Of a stretch of DNA of 64,000 bases, positions 41,201-51,205 are shown one piece after another (position 1 is the first letter of the stretch; each line of letters begins with the position of its first letter). The stretch covers positions 136,252 to 200,251 of IMG/VR virus record IMGVR_UViG_3300028549_000507; one strand, written 5' to 3'. A program made the translations under genes and the position numbers. This DNA comes from a virus (Duplodnaviria; Caudoviricetes). The notes under the pieces were generated by a model. That model had not been told where the DNA came from and searched no databases. It worked only from the letters and a program-made list of their open reading frames with translations.

Positions 41201-41861
41201 GACTTTTAGAGTTCCATTATATGATAAAGTTCATAATCCTAAAGCAGATCCGGTATTATATATCGAACCCGAAAGTTATAATTGGGAACAGGGCGCGTTT
41301 GGCGGATATAAGAATGGAGAATCAGTAGTTTTACAAATCAAACGAAATGCAACTTCTCAATACGATGGTGTCGATGGAACATGTAATCTAACTGTTGATG
41401 ATTTTTTCCGTATCGAATCGGTTTCCAAAATAACTGAAAATTATATTAAAATCTACACTATATCAGATTTTACAGCAAGAACAGATAATGGTAAGGCGTT
41501 TAGTAACATAAGTGAATTTAGATGTAATATTAGAAAGGATCTAGGTCAACGTTATTTTCAAATGGAGATCGAATTCAATTATAATACCATTTCAGGATTC
41601 TTAGCCCCTGCTACAGGTTATGGTACATTTATAAATTTGATGAGATTTGATAAGGTTAATGAAATGATTAAAACTAGCGATAGTATACTAGGATCATGGG
41701 CGGTTTTGGATAGTGTAAACCATTCGACCCCATATGGAAACGGGTGTAATCTATCTGGGATTGCTGTTATGGATAACAGTGGTCACATTGTATTAACTTC
41801 AAGTTCTGCCATACCCGGCTTCCCTAATTACGGAACGTTGGTTGTACAATTTAACACATAA
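38217..41861 (+). CDS. Tail fibre protein with N-terminal ~35-aa repeats and CBM-like modules
   Basis: N-terminal repeats shared with 18134-19354; YAGDVVRYNGHYRCAR, LYLYNGKLYRAL; Gly/Ser/Thr-rich beta shaft. Confidence 0.75.
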   Translation: MIKSNLMSKAIASSIGLEDWLYVVLGDDNLATRDKRIQFKDIEKSILGEGSVTLTELKNDDMFYIVKTSDNNLRTKVNVGTIIEKAISKYDAANKAFDDADTIIVVDKDLAEDRRFQIKIGDLRKSFEDGMANPHFRTLAVGAVEDTLVKFLQVDIDGNLTIGEGSAGSPYMKFIRDDGININDFEMFKGNLIIKSGSTTGTKPSGFFQIDTASTNATTMYLENETDFSKTTAVVNDYGFNVTNITNSGTFITKGHSKLGAYSLTFSSFDVLNSNNSVSNNFIISNTPKFISISVGSNDPLRYKGEYNSIANGTQLYAGDVVRYNGHYRCARIDLIRNGSATLPGTSMDTYWYGYEQFVYFQTASPKFTVDNFGVAKFQNFTIDNYKVPNEFSIIELDSTDNLEGYQLADWNSILVGDNFYKYNVFLSNNSYWQSTNANVGLYGSIQKLPSTPAPGMGSGVWARIEVTNKRSFVVTKTDVRTGMKFTAIEGIPFDQYNVSTSGFASTLSPRSLEIISGSRWMGNFDLTKITSNSIEMKQFIGNATVETRSSGILSIGRTLIKLESEGDFYGTGGISYHISSKTDNVIDGKKYSSGFVARSGFYDGVDSNGVRRVFGEVQHDSSGIRFRHSNTSGTTFVMDALLHYGGFTLYNDNTNVKILDILNKYNCGNVGIFNSDGKSFGEFGGDEYAGGFLVLSSKKAAEDFSRTFLDTRIYTITDNEDASGAAIRMFGGIGTKNTDALVPYKTSKEYFKDDLVAGYDEYGEPTYAICTATSLQSSTDDINEAGWSIVTIVDYNTKFIGIGEDGQVLPGNYGPTANKLYLYNGKLYRALLPAGTTYGYTRVVDNTYTVMNEWWYLQNLPGNSPLSWETLAKWEIEEYPSIVLTTRKNDVLTNIPYDNESESDGTGYGGNGIFKIYASNNGGKTSKRLAFSIHKNTLALYDYSMPVDGYRQNLITISGMYRYGSNGLEGDTTTRDKEIFSGISVYSRGMEEHVTFRVPLYDKVHNPKADPVLYIEPESYNWEQGAFGGYKNGESVVLQIKRNATSQYDGVDGTCNLTVDDFFRIESVSKITENYIKIYTISDFTARTDNGKAFSNISEFRCNIRKDLGQRYFQMEIEFNYNTISGFLAPATGYGTFINLMRFDKVNEMIKTSDSILGSWAVLDSVNHSTPYGNGCNLSGIAVMDNSGHIVLTSSSAIPGFPNYGTLVVQFNT

Positions 41862-41932
41862 TATTGAATTTTTAAGTAAACAAGTTATTGGAATATATAA
41901 CTTGTTTACCTATTTATTTTATGGAGGGCATT

Positions 41933-42340
41933 ATGTCTAAAGAAAAAACGTTTCAGTTGGGAGCACTCGTCCAAGTTGAAGGACTTCTTCAGAAAGTAAG
42001 AAGTTCATCAAAATCTCTTCCAGGCTCTGTAGTTTTGGATCTCAGAGACTCAGTTGAGGTTATTGAAAAACTTATCAATAACTTCAAAACTCTTAGAGAA
42101 GAAAAGATTACAGAACTTGGAAAAACTAATGAGGAAGATGGAAGTATCTCTATTGATAAAGAGTCTCCAGAGTTCCAGGTTATGGTTGAATTCGTTGCGG
42201 AAACTCTTAACAAAGAAGTTACTTATACTATCGTTAATCCGGTAAATATTCGTGCACTCGCTGTTGCAAAAGAGCTTCCTTTCGATATCGATGAACTCGA
42301 TGCGCTTGTTGATCTTGGAATCCTTTCGGACGACAAGTAA
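41933..42340 (+). CDS. Small helical protein after the tail fibre (possible fibre chaperone, DUF1617-like)
   Basis: GGAGGG RBS before MSKEKTF; position and helical pattern only. Confidence 0.6.
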   Translation: MSKEKTFQLGALVQVEGLLQKVRSSSKSLPGSVVLDLRDSVEVIEKLINNFKTLREEKITELGKTNEEDGSISIDKESPEFQVMVEFVAETLNKEVTYTIVNPVNIRALAVAKELPFDIDELDALVDLGILSDDK

Positions 42341-42348
42341 TTGTAATT

Positions 42349-42368
42349 GAGAGGGAGTAATCCCTCTC
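42349..42368 (+). terminator. Intrinsic terminator (GTAA loop on plus strand)
   Basis: GAGAGGGA-GTAA-TCCCTCTC followed by TTTCTTT. Confidence 0.85.
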
Positions 42369-42390
42369 TTTCTTTATTGGAGAAAATACT

Positions 42391-43128
42391 ATGTATAAAG
42401 ACAAACTTAAAGTTCTTGTAGATTTAACTACTAAGATCTATGAACATTGTGAAAAGAATAACCTAATCTGCGACATGGTGTATGTTGATGGCGGCGAGTG
42501 TACGGGTACTACTACGGCAGTTGCGAAGATTTGTGAGAAACTTCCTAAGTCATCAAAAAGAAGAGAGCCATCTCAAGAGTGTAAAGATACTACTCTTAAA
42601 GAGTTCTTTGAAAATGGTTCAATCGTCAACCCATCAGAATATTTGCACACACTCCTAAATATATTCCTAACAGATAGAAAAGCTAACCAAGCTAATACTA
42701 AAAAAGGTACTATTACTGTAAGTGATAGGGGTATATTCTCTACAATAATATACCAGTCAGGTATTCTGGATACTGAGATTAGTATAGAAGATGTTATAGC
42801 GAATTGTGATGTTATCTTTGATGAGTTTGTTAAAATGGGAATTAAAATACCTAAATTAGCAATTAATTTGATTTCAGTGGATGGCGATCATGCTTTGGAT
42901 ACTGCCGAATTCAAACGTCGTTTAGATAAACGTACAAAGAATAATGAACAAGATCTAGATAATATGGATAACGTTATCATGATGAATATAGTTAACAAGG
43001 TATATTCTGATTTAAGTTTGGATCTCAAAAAGAATACTAATATTCAAAATCTTATAGTTATTGATTTTAAATGTAGTATTGATGATGTCGTGAAATATTC
43101 ACTAGCCGAGATTAATTCTAGATTTTAA
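42391..43128 (+). CDS. tmk: Thymidylate / dNMP kinase-like protein with variant P-loop
   Basis: VYVDGGECTGTTTAV (P-loop) and VSDRGIFSTIIYQ (TMK DRY/F motif). Confidence 0.75.
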   Translation: MYKDKLKVLVDLTTKIYEHCEKNNLICDMVYVDGGECTGTTTAVAKICEKLPKSSKRREPSQECKDTTLKEFFENGSIVNPSEYLHTLLNIFLTDRKANQANTKKGTITVSDRGIFSTIIYQSGILDTEISIEDVIANCDVIFDEFVKMGIKIPKLAINLISVDGDHALDTAEFKRRLDKRTKNNEQDLDNMDNVIMMNIVNKVYSDLSLDLKKNTNIQNLIVIDFKCSIDDVVKYSLAEINSRF

Positions 43129-43132
43129 ATAA

Positions 43133-43163
43133 TAATGTAGGAGGGTATATCCCTCCTACATTA
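43133..43163. terminator. Bidirectional terminator between convergent genes
   Basis: TAATGTAGGAGGG-TATAT-CCCTCCTACATTA. Confidence 0.85.
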
Positions 43164-43167
43164 CTTA

Positions 43168-46100
43168 TCATTTTACTTTATACGGATATATTAGAGCTTT
43201 ATAGTTTTCACCAAACTCATCATCGATATCTAACTTATACAAATGATGCAAATTATCATTTGTATAAAAATGTAATCCATTTTTACAAACTACACATATA
43301 CTATTGAAGCTAGAAACATCTAATCCTAATATGACATTTACACTATCAAAATTTTTAATAGCAGTATATAAGTTATCTTCACAATCTATATAACCAAACT
43401 CATTAGTATCTGTAACTGTGTATAGTCTACTATTAAGTGAGTCACATTTTACAAATCTAACATTTGTTTTAAGTATATGAAATCCCGACGATTGTGGTGC
43501 ATAATTATACAACACATTCCCAGATATACCATACACATACCCAATATCAGTTATAAATACCTCATCAAATATAATACTAGAAGAATTATATCTTGTACAA
43601 TTGGATAGTCCAGAATCGACTTTTCCATACATATTATCGCCCAAGTAAATAGAAGCGATTACATTATTCTCAAATACAAACAATATATGATTACCAGAAG
43701 TTTTAACATCTTTAAGTATCCAGAATATATTAAGATCTATGATCTTATACAATATAGATAATGATTCATCATATATAATTATACTATTTGAAATTTGTAT
43801 AATATTAAAAGAACTTCTATGGAAATGTACTGGTTGGGCGACATTCTTTGGAACTTTAATACCAAGTTTATAACTCTTATCATCTATATCAGCGATGGTC
43901 GTATCTTGATTAAATTTCCCAATCATCACATCATATTGAATAGAGTCTACACTATTGATATTGTTTTCTATAGAAGCACCCATACATATCCCAAACACCT
44001 CATCGGAATAATAATCTCTAACAATACTAGATTCAATTATATCCTCAGATACGACCAATCTAAATATATCATCTCCACGTATATCAATTTCTTCTACAAA
44101 TTTACAATTTGGAAGTAAATATTCAACGCCGTCCTTAGATACTATAATATCAATATAAAATCTTGACATTTTTTCGAATCTTACAAAACTATAATCTAAA
44201 GGTATACCTTCAATATTGGATTCGTCCAGTATATTTATATTGTTATTATTTGAATGATTTGATATAAAGATAGAATCGTCAGTCATATTCATAAACCTTA
44301 TAGAGTTATTTATATATGAGAATTCAATACACTCTTTGACATAATTTTCAAAATAACCCAATATAACAATACTAGAATCCACTAAAGATCTATATTCAAG
44401 TCTACAATTAGAATGATCAATATGATCCTGTATAAACAAGTATACGTGATCATAGATAAATTTTACAGGCGTTATACTATATCTCGAATCGGAATATGAA
44501 ATAGTATTCATAGATCCGGTTTGTGGATTGTATAAAGAAATCTCACTATAACCTAATTTATTGAATGTTTCTTTCGTATAATATATCTGATAAACTCCAT
44601 CGTGTTCATCATAGTCAAAAGCAGAAGTATTCCCATATATAATAATATTTGATCCAGTTGTCTCAAACATAACCTTATCGGTTAGTATTATATGATTATT
44701 CTCTTCATTGACTTTAATCGATATCATCTTTGGAATAGTAATGAACTTATATCTAGTAATTGTAGAAGAACCTTTAGATGCAGTAAATACTTCACTAGAG
44801 GACAATAGATTATATTTATTAATCTTATACTCTATACACTTAGAATCCTCAGTATATATAATATCTGACAATCCTCGAATAGTTGTGAATTCAAGTTCAT
44901 TATACAATCCGCCATTGGAATTACCAATAATAGTTCCACAAGTTTTAGCAATAAAAAGAGAACTATCATTATGTCTAACATTATTAGAATAATTATATTC
45001 CGGTTGACTAAATTCAACAGATAGTGTAATCATATTAAATAAAACAATATATGTACTTGTTTTATATATTATAACATTACCCTTATGAGTCATAGTTATC
45101 TTACCAACTCCTGCAACTATAGGAGATATATTTTTAACAATAGTATTATTCTTATATATACTTATATTATTTGCAAATCTACGAATAGTATATAGATCAT
45201 TTCCAATAGTCAATGAATCTATGCAAGATTTATCAGAAACGTATGCAGCCACTCCAACTATTAGACTTGTATTAAGTATAACATCTATCGAAGTTGTTAA
45301 TATCTTAATATCAGATCCGCTTCTATAGAATCTAATAAACTTAGTATTGTTTGCAATATTATATATCGGTTTCAACTTCTCAATCATTACAGAATCTATC
45401 AATAAGAATTTATAAACAACACCTCTGTTATATATGAGAATGTTATCTATATTTGATCCGCTCTTATTAGGAATTGATCTAGGATTAGTACTAAGTAGAT
45501 CATATTCATCATTAATATCAATCTTCTCAAATGTAACACTTCCTCCGGAAATACGAAGTATATAAATCGCAGAGATCTTAACAGAGTCTATCGAATGGAT
45601 TCCGATATATATATCGCTACCGGATCTTTCTACAAAATCTAATCTAAATGAAGGTATACTCACACCGATATTATTTAAAATATCATGGTAAACTACATCA
45701 TTCTCAATATCATTCACAGTAAGAGTACTTGAATCATATATCGCAAGTATATCATTATTAATACTAGATTTGTAACTAGCATTAATATCTGCATATCCCA
45801 ATCTACTATTAGTATTAGTAAGTATATCCACAAGATCAATTACAATCGTAGATTCCGATGTACTAATATATGCAACATCGTTATACATTTCTATATTTTT
45901 TATATACTTATGTTTTATATTAGAAACAATTGTCAAAACTTCAATATCACCATTATAAAACTTAGTAAACTTATCATTCAACATGATAGATAAGTTTCCG
46001 AATTTCAAATATTTGTTAGATCCATATAATATATTGGAATTCTTTTGGAGAAGTTGTTGCGTCAAATTGAAGTTAGTATCATTACCTATGACAATTGACG

Positions 46101-47904
46101 TATTTGTAAAATTACAAATATAACTTTTTATAGTAGAATTATCCATTACAAAGAATTTAACACTATTGGAATCGGTATAGTATTTACTTCCTAGAAAGTT
46201 ATTAAACGAAAGTGGTATCTGGATACTGCACTGCGTTCTATCTAAAGATGTGATCACTATCCCAGTTTTAGATATAAAATTCGATCTAACGAATCTGGTT
46301 GATCCAACCTTAAACTCGCTTAATAAACATGCTTTATAATCTACTCCGGTATCGAATACATGTATATTCAAGAATGTTTCAATATCATCAGACAATGTAA
46401 CATCATCAGATTCCATCTGAGAGAAGTCTCCTAATGGTAATCTTATAATGTGATCATTAGTAAATATAAATATATTACCCATATCGGTTTTTGTTTGGAG
46501 CTTATTCATAACTTTAGTATTTGTATTTATACACAAACCTACAGATGTAAACAAACCTACAAATTTAACAAAATTAATATACTCAGAAGTACTATCGCTA
46601 AATGTTATAGTGATATAATCGCCTATAATCTTTATATTAGTGATATATTTACCAGAATCTCTATTTGAAACAATATTCTTTCTAGAAGATTTTTCAATTT
46701 TAGAACCATTATACCCTATGATATGAATAGATTCATTATCGTAAGATATATTGATTTTATCAGAAGATACTTCATTGTCACCGATAATAGTATCTGTGTA
46801 ACTAATATCATATTTCAGAGTAGTACCATCACAATATACGATTGATCCGCCAAATATAGGATCATTTTTAATACCTATAAAGTAATTAGTTACACTACTC
46901 CCGAATATAGAACTTATATAAAATTCAAAATCTATAAGATTGGAATTTTGTGAACTAAGTATAGCATAACTCTTATTACATATCAGTACAGGAGTATTCC
47001 CAATACAAGATATTTTTTCATAAGTTTTTCCAACGTTACCAGTAATAGTATACTCTGTTTGTACATTATTATGAAATTTGGAAACACTATAACTACCGTT
47101 AAGATTTGTAGTAATAAATATAAATGAATCATTTACACATTTAATATAAGTTACAACTTTATTTGAAGAAGCTATAGCTAATTTACTGGTTGCCATACTA
47201 AGTAAATTAAAGTAATACAGTCCATTTGTAGTACTAAATAAAATATTACCAGAAGAATCTACATCTATAAAAGTTATAACCTTTGCAGTATTAAACTCAT
47301 CATATACGATTGCAGATTTATTAGATATTTTATCAGTATATTTTTCAAGATCATTCATACTATGTACTGTAGACGTTTTTGATTCAACATTGTATACAGT
47401 AATATAACAGCCTCTGTGAATATTATAGAGAATACCATTCTTATAGAATGACATTATTACAGATGAATTTGAATATTGGTGAAACGGATTAAAGTTATCA
47501 GACACTCTATCCATTTCATACTCAATATTTAAACACAAATCATTAGATACTCCAGTCAATCCTACTTCCGAATTTCTATCGGAATCATCGGAATCAAGTA
47601 TCATTATACTTGAATCATTCATAGAGAATTTTTTATCATTTACAGAGGAATCGATAGTGGATTCCCCTGTACTGAGGTTTATTCTTTTGAAAGTATTCTC
47701 GCCCACATTATACATAATATCGGTAGGAGCATTTCCAAAATCCAACCCAACTATATCAGATATAAGTTTAGATTTATCAAATATTACATCGGATAAATCT
47801 AAGTTTATATCACGTACTTCACTAGCATTTACAAATTGTTCCTGAACCTGCTCATAGTTAAAATGAGTTGGTTTAGGAAAATTGTTTCTATTAATAAATC
47901 CCAT
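43168..47904 (-). CDS. Large beta-rich structural protein
   Basis: 1578 aa, propeller-like pattern; coupled to the upstream virion gene. Confidence 0.7.
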   Translation of the reverse strand: MGFINRNNFPKPTHFNYEQVQEQFVNASEVRDINLDLSDVIFDKSKLISDIVGLDFGNAPTDIMYNVGENTFKRINLSTGESTIDSSVNDKKFSMNDSSIMILDSDDSDRNSEVGLTGVSNDLCLNIEYEMDRVSDNFNPFHQYSNSSVIMSFYKNGILYNIHRGCYITVYNVESKTSTVHSMNDLEKYTDKISNKSAIVYDEFNTAKVITFIDVDSSGNILFSTTNGLYYFNLLSMATSKLAIASSNKVVTYIKCVNDSFIFITTNLNGSYSVSKFHNNVQTEYTITGNVGKTYEKISCIGNTPVLICNKSYAILSSQNSNLIDFEFYISSIFGSSVTNYFIGIKNDPIFGGSIVYCDGTTLKYDISYTDTIIGDNEVSSDKINISYDNESIHIIGYNGSKIEKSSRKNIVSNRDSGKYITNIKIIGDYITITFSDSTSEYINFVKFVGLFTSVGLCINTNTKVMNKLQTKTDMGNIFIFTNDHIIRLPLGDFSQMESDDVTLSDDIETFLNIHVFDTGVDYKACLLSEFKVGSTRFVRSNFISKTGIVITSLDRTQCSIQIPLSFNNFLGSKYYTDSNSVKFFVMDNSTIKSYICNFTNTSIVIGNDTNFNLTQQLLQKNSNILYGSNKYLKFGNLSIMLNDKFTKFYNGDIEVLTIVSNIKHKYIKNIEMYNDVAYISTSESTIVIDLVDILTNTNSRLGYADINASYKSSINNDILAIYDSSTLTVNDIENDVVYHDILNNIGVSIPSFRLDFVERSGSDIYIGIHSIDSVKISAIYILRISGGSVTFEKIDINDEYDLLSTNPRSIPNKSGSNIDNILIYNRGVVYKFLLIDSVMIEKLKPIYNIANNTKFIRFYRSGSDIKILTTSIDVILNTSLIVGVAAYVSDKSCIDSLTIGNDLYTIRRFANNISIYKNNTIVKNISPIVAGVGKITMTHKGNVIIYKTSTYIVLFNMITLSVEFSQPEYNYSNNVRHNDSSLFIAKTCGTIIGNSNGGLYNELEFTTIRGLSDIIYTEDSKCIEYKINKYNLLSSSEVFTASKGSSTITRYKFITIPKMISIKVNEENNHIILTDKVMFETTGSNIIIYGNTSAFDYDEHDGVYQIYYTKETFNKLGYSEISLYNPQTGSMNTISYSDSRYSITPVKFIYDHVYLFIQDHIDHSNCRLEYRSLVDSSIVILGYFENYVKECIEFSYINNSIRFMNMTDDSIFISNHSNNNNINILDESNIEGIPLDYSFVRFEKMSRFYIDIIVSKDGVEYLLPNCKFVEEIDIRGDDIFRLVVSEDIIESSIVRDYYSDEVFGICMGASIENNINSVDSIQYDVMIGKFNQDTTIADIDDKSYKLGIKVPKNVAQPVHFHRSSFNIIQISNSIIIYDESLSILYKIIDLNIFWILKDVKTSGNHILFVFENNVIASIYLGDNMYGKVDSGLSNCTRYNSSSIIFDEVFITDIGYVYGISGNVLYNYAPQSSGFHILKTNVRFVKCDSLNSRLYTVTDTNEFGYIDCEDNLYTAIKNFDSVNVILGLDVSSFNSICVVCKNGLHFYTNDNLHHLYKLDIDDEFGENYKALIYPYKVK

Positions 47905-49736
47905 TATTTAGTCCTATATGAAGTTATGTTTGCATCCCACGACTCTACAATACCCGCATCAACGTTTCTAGTAAGTCTTAGTCCAATTTTAGATCCTTCT
48001 AGATTTCTATCACCAAGAGTAGGAACTTTAGTTACATCACTATAATCAGAATCCTTAACGTTTACAGGAGTTCCGATTGTACCAATATATCCCCACCCGT
48101 CTCCTCCAGGTATAACTCCGGTTATACTCGGAACTGCTGTAACAACCCAAAATCTACCATTATAATATACGATATCACCTGTTTTATATGTAGCATTTAT
48201 ATCAAATATATAAAACATAAGTTTCCAATATTCTTCATTTATTGGAAATATGCCCTTACAATTTTTTAAACAAAGCCATATTGCAGAGTTATACATATAG
48301 TATTTCCCAGCAATACAATCCATGTCTGCCGTTATGGTTGGGAATTTACTAAAATCTATTTCAATAGATCTTGTAGGTTTCGATCCTATTATAAAATTAT
48401 GAGTAAAGATATTGTTTTTAATTCTACTAATTATAAGATCAATTAGTTTATTAAATTTAACTCTATCTATATACAAATATAGCGTATACACTTTATTAGA
48501 ATCACAACCTTTAACAGTATATATCAGATCGGAAATGATATCAGAAAATATAACAGAACTATCTTCTATATATTCACCGTTTTCATACACATGTGCAACA
48601 AATAAATCAGCACGTTCTTTTGGATATAGTCTATCGAATATATTATATTCAAAAGAGTTTGGATTCATAAATTGAGATAATTGCAATTCTTCATCAATTT
48701 CCTCAACAAAGAATTCTTCTCGAATAAGCAACTCAACTCCCTGCATAACTGATTTAATATACGATCTGTCTTCGATCCATACATTGTTACTATATTTAAC
48801 AGGAACGTTACACCATTTATCATATTCAACATTCTTAAAATAAGTTTCATCTATGATTGCTTTATTTGGAATATTGAATGTTTTATAGTTGAATATGTAC
48901 GAGTTTGGTAATTTAAAATCGAGAACAGCATTGAATTCATAAGTAAACTTATCATAAACTTCACTATTCTTATCAGAATTCTCACCATCTTTAGATTCCG
49001 CTTCCTGTAGGAAGTAGTGTAGTCTAAACACCCTCTCCATAACCATCCATATATTATCATTCACACCTTCGGTTCTTATGCCGAAATCAGTAGTTCCTTT
49101 TTCATTCATATAATCAATGACTTTTTTAACATCATCGTAATCGCTCATTGTTATAGTACCATCTTCAAATGCTAATCTCGCCAAATCATATATCATCATA
49201 TTAGGCATGATTATATTGGTCTTAAACCCATTTAAAACATTATGCTTTCTAAACGGAAGAGTGTTAAATATGAAACTTTTGAACGTATTTAAGTCCGCTT
49301 TAGTATCAAAGTCAATCTTAAATGTAAGTTCCAATTTTCTACGAATCTCAATAGTATCAAGCATCAATCCTGCGAATCCATCTCTAAGCATAGGGAGTCT
49401 ATGATTGTTTACAAGGTTCCTATCAGTCGTAGTCCCGGGAAACATACTATACTGGCGAGTATCAGGACCACCATCATCCTTAGACCATAGATCAGTGATA
49501 CCGCCATTAGTAGTAACTGTTAGTGTCGGCTTCATAACTTTCGCAGGATTTTCTAAACCATTCTCTCTACGTTTATGATCATTAACCATACCTAAAGTAT
49601 CTATATAAACAGATCCTTCTTGAAACGTTTTATCTGGGAGATGGTTTAAAAGGTATCTAACGAACGTATGCGTTATATCCGATACACACATATCAAGTCC
49701 TGATACGGCGTATGTATTTGTATTCCACGTACTCAT
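47904..49736 (-). CDS. Virion structural protein with C-terminal CBM5/12-like repeats
   Basis: C-terminal ATYKTGDIVYYNGRFWVV and GKYYMYNSAIWLC; late-type promoter; start at the ATG after GAGG (track start 49751). Confidence 0.7.
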   Translation of the reverse strand: MSTWNTNTYAVSGLDMCVSDITHTFVRYLLNHLPDKTFQEGSVYIDTLGMVNDHKRRENGLENPAKVMKPTLTVTTNGGITDLWSKDDGGPDTRQYSMFPGTTTDRNLVNNHRLPMLRDGFAGLMLDTIEIRRKLELTFKIDFDTKADLNTFKSFIFNTLPFRKHNVLNGFKTNIIMPNMMIYDLARLAFEDGTITMSDYDDVKKVIDYMNEKGTTDFGIRTEGVNDNIWMVMERVFRLHYFLQEAESKDGENSDKNSEVYDKFTYEFNAVLDFKLPNSYIFNYKTFNIPNKAIIDETYFKNVEYDKWCNVPVKYSNNVWIEDRSYIKSVMQGVELLIREEFFVEEIDEELQLSQFMNPNSFEYNIFDRLYPKERADLFVAHVYENGEYIEDSSVIFSDIISDLIYTVKGCDSNKVYTLYLYIDRVKFNKLIDLIISRIKNNIFTHNFIIGSKPTRSIEIDFSKFPTITADMDCIAGKYYMYNSAIWLCLKNCKGIFPINEEYWKLMFYIFDINATYKTGDIVYYNGRFWVVTAVPSITGVIPGGDGWGYIGTIGTPVNVKDSDYSDVTKVPTLGDRNLEGSKIGLRLTRNVDAGIVESWDANITSYRTK

Positions 49737-49764
49737 AATTACCTCAAACATTTATATTTATTAT

Positions 49765-49776
49765 CATTATAATGTT
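49765..49776 (-). promoter_or_regulatory. Late-type promoter motif
   Basis: AACA TTATAA TG. Confidence 0.65.
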
Positions 49777-49790
49777 TTTGATAAAAAAAA

Positions 49791-49810
49791 AAGAGGTATT
49801 TCTACCTCTT
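49791..49810. terminator. Intrinsic terminator (GAAA loop on minus strand), T tracts on both sides
   Basis: AAGAGGTA-TTTC-TACCTCTT. Confidence 0.85.
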
Positions 49811-49814
49811 TTTT

Positions 49815-50003
49815 TTATTTTCTTTTGGAAGCCTCAACAGCGTCCTCCGCTTTTGTGAGCTCCTCAAGGAGCTCACTACTTCTTTGACTGCACTTCTGTG
49901 CAGTCAAAATATTTCCCTCTGCAAGGTTTTTATCCCTTGCAGAGGTCATGATGCTCAGGTCATTTTGAAGCGATGCAATATGCATTTGTGCCGAATACGT
50001 CAT
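49815..50003 (-). CDS. Small early coiled-coil protein
   Basis: 62 aa, AAGGAG RBS, own early-type promoter. Confidence 0.75.
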   Translation of the reverse strand: MTYSAQMHIASLQNDLSIMTSARDKNLAEGNILTAQKCSQRSSELLEELTKAEDAVEASKRK

Positions 50004-50061
50004 GGTAATCTCCTTTATAGAATTTTATAGGATTCGAATCAGTCAATCCGAATCCCTTGTA

Positions 50062-50084
50062 CACTATTAGATATATACATCAAA
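50062..50084 (-). promoter_or_regulatory. Early-type promoter motif
   Basis: Minus strand TTGATGTATATATCTAATAGTG; followed by hairpin GGATTCG/CGAATCC (50030-50055). Confidence 0.55.
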
Positions 50085-50093
50085 AATCGGTTA

Positions 50094-50447
50094 TTACGAT
50101 TTAACACCATATATGTAATTTGTAATATCTCGCACATCATTCTGGAAATCATTAAGATCGAAATACATCAATTCATGAGTAATAGTCTTCATACTAGCAG
50201 ACTTCTTTGATGGAGCTGTAACGATTTGAATGATTTTGCATTTTGGAAAATAACCATTATAAGCTTTAAATGTATTCATCCACTTCTTATATTTCTCATC
50301 ACGAGGATCATGAATATGTACAGACGATATCAATCTATCATCAGTATTAATGATAAGTTTTTCCGAGATATTACCAAATCCAACCAACGGTTGTATCTCA
50401 ATAAAATGAGAGTTTTCAATTTTTTGAAACATAAGTTCTCCTAACAA
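50094..50447 (-). CDS. Hypothetical protein
   Basis: 117-aa ORF overlapping the upstream gene. Confidence 0.6.
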   Translation of the reverse strand: MLGELMFQKIENSHFIEIQPLVGFGNISEKLIINTDDRLISSVHIHDPRDEKYKKWMNTFKAYNGYFPKCKIIQIVTAPSKKSASMKTITHELMYFDLNDFQNDVRDITNYIYGVKS

Positions 50448-50887
50448 ACTACTACATGATTAAGTACTTCTAAACACTCTTTACCTTTATACAACTTGAT
50501 GATATCATAAGGTCTACTACCATAGAGTCTTATATATTCTATGAGATGAACTATCATTTCATCAGTCATATCATCCATCAATTCGAAAGAATCTTTCCAA
50601 ATTCCATCAGAATCTCGTTCATATGAATCATATAACTCATCGTCTGGATCCGAACTAATGTTTTCAAACTTATCATAATCTTTAATACAAATTACTGGGG
50701 CTGGTGGTGATATAAAGGTCATAGTGTCATGTAATGTCATTATACTACAACTATACCTATCGAATATAATCTGGTCAAATTCTCCATCTTCATTTAACGG
50801 AATCACATCTTTAGATAGAGATTTCAATAAATCTAATCTGTAATCACTTTCATCTGGCTCAAAGTACTCATTAGTTACACCCATCAT
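50441..50887 (-). CDS. Hypothetical acidic protein
   Basis: 148 aa, AAGGAG RBS. Confidence 0.75.
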   Translation of the reverse strand: MMGVTNEYFEPDESDYRLDLLKSLSKDVIPLNEDGEFDQIIFDRYSCSIMTLHDTMTFISPPAPVICIKDYDKFENISSDPDDELYDSYERDSDGIWKDSFELMDDMTDEMIVHLIEYIRLYGSRPYDIIKLYKGKECLEVLNHVVVC

Positions 50888-51041
50888 CAGTCTCCTTTAA
50901 AATTTTCAAATAGATTATCCAATTAACTATATAGTTAAATGGTAAATAAAATAAATACTCAACTAAATCCCAACCCGTAGGACGTTCTTTCCACTCTATG
51001 ACATCTTTAATAACCGTAAATATTGACGGGAACTTATACAT
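50871..51041 (-). CDS. Small hypothetical protein, possibly membrane-associated (not in the ORF track)
   Basis: 56 aa MYKFPSIFTVIKDVIEWKERPTGWDLVEYLFYLPFNYIVNWIIYLKILKETDDGCN; AGGAG RBS. Confidence 0.65.
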   Translation of the reverse strand: MYKFPSIFTVIKDVIEWKERPTGWDLVEYLFYLPFNYIVNWIIYLKILKETDDGCN

Positions 51042-51052
51042 GATACTCTCCT

Positions 51053-51068
51053 AATAATATATATTCAA
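51053..51068 (-). promoter_or_regulatory. Early-type promoter motif
   Basis: Minus strand ATTGAATATATATTATT. Confidence 0.5.
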
Positions 51069-51131
51069 TACACGACTTTAAAACATACCCAGGAACCCTT
51101 TTTGGGCTCCCAGATATATTTTTCATTAAAT

Positions 51132-51205
51132 TATCCCAAATATGACTCGAACATATACTCCCCGACTTAGAAGGTCGGTGCTTTATCCAATTAAGCTATT
51201 GGGAC
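51132..51205 (-). tRNA. tRNA-Arg (anticodon UCU), no encoded CCA
   Basis: Acceptor GTCCCAA/TTGGGAT, D stem GCTT/AAGC, anticodon stem CCGAC/GTCGG with loop CTTCTAA, T stem ATATG/CATAT with TTCGAGT. Confidence 0.92.
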
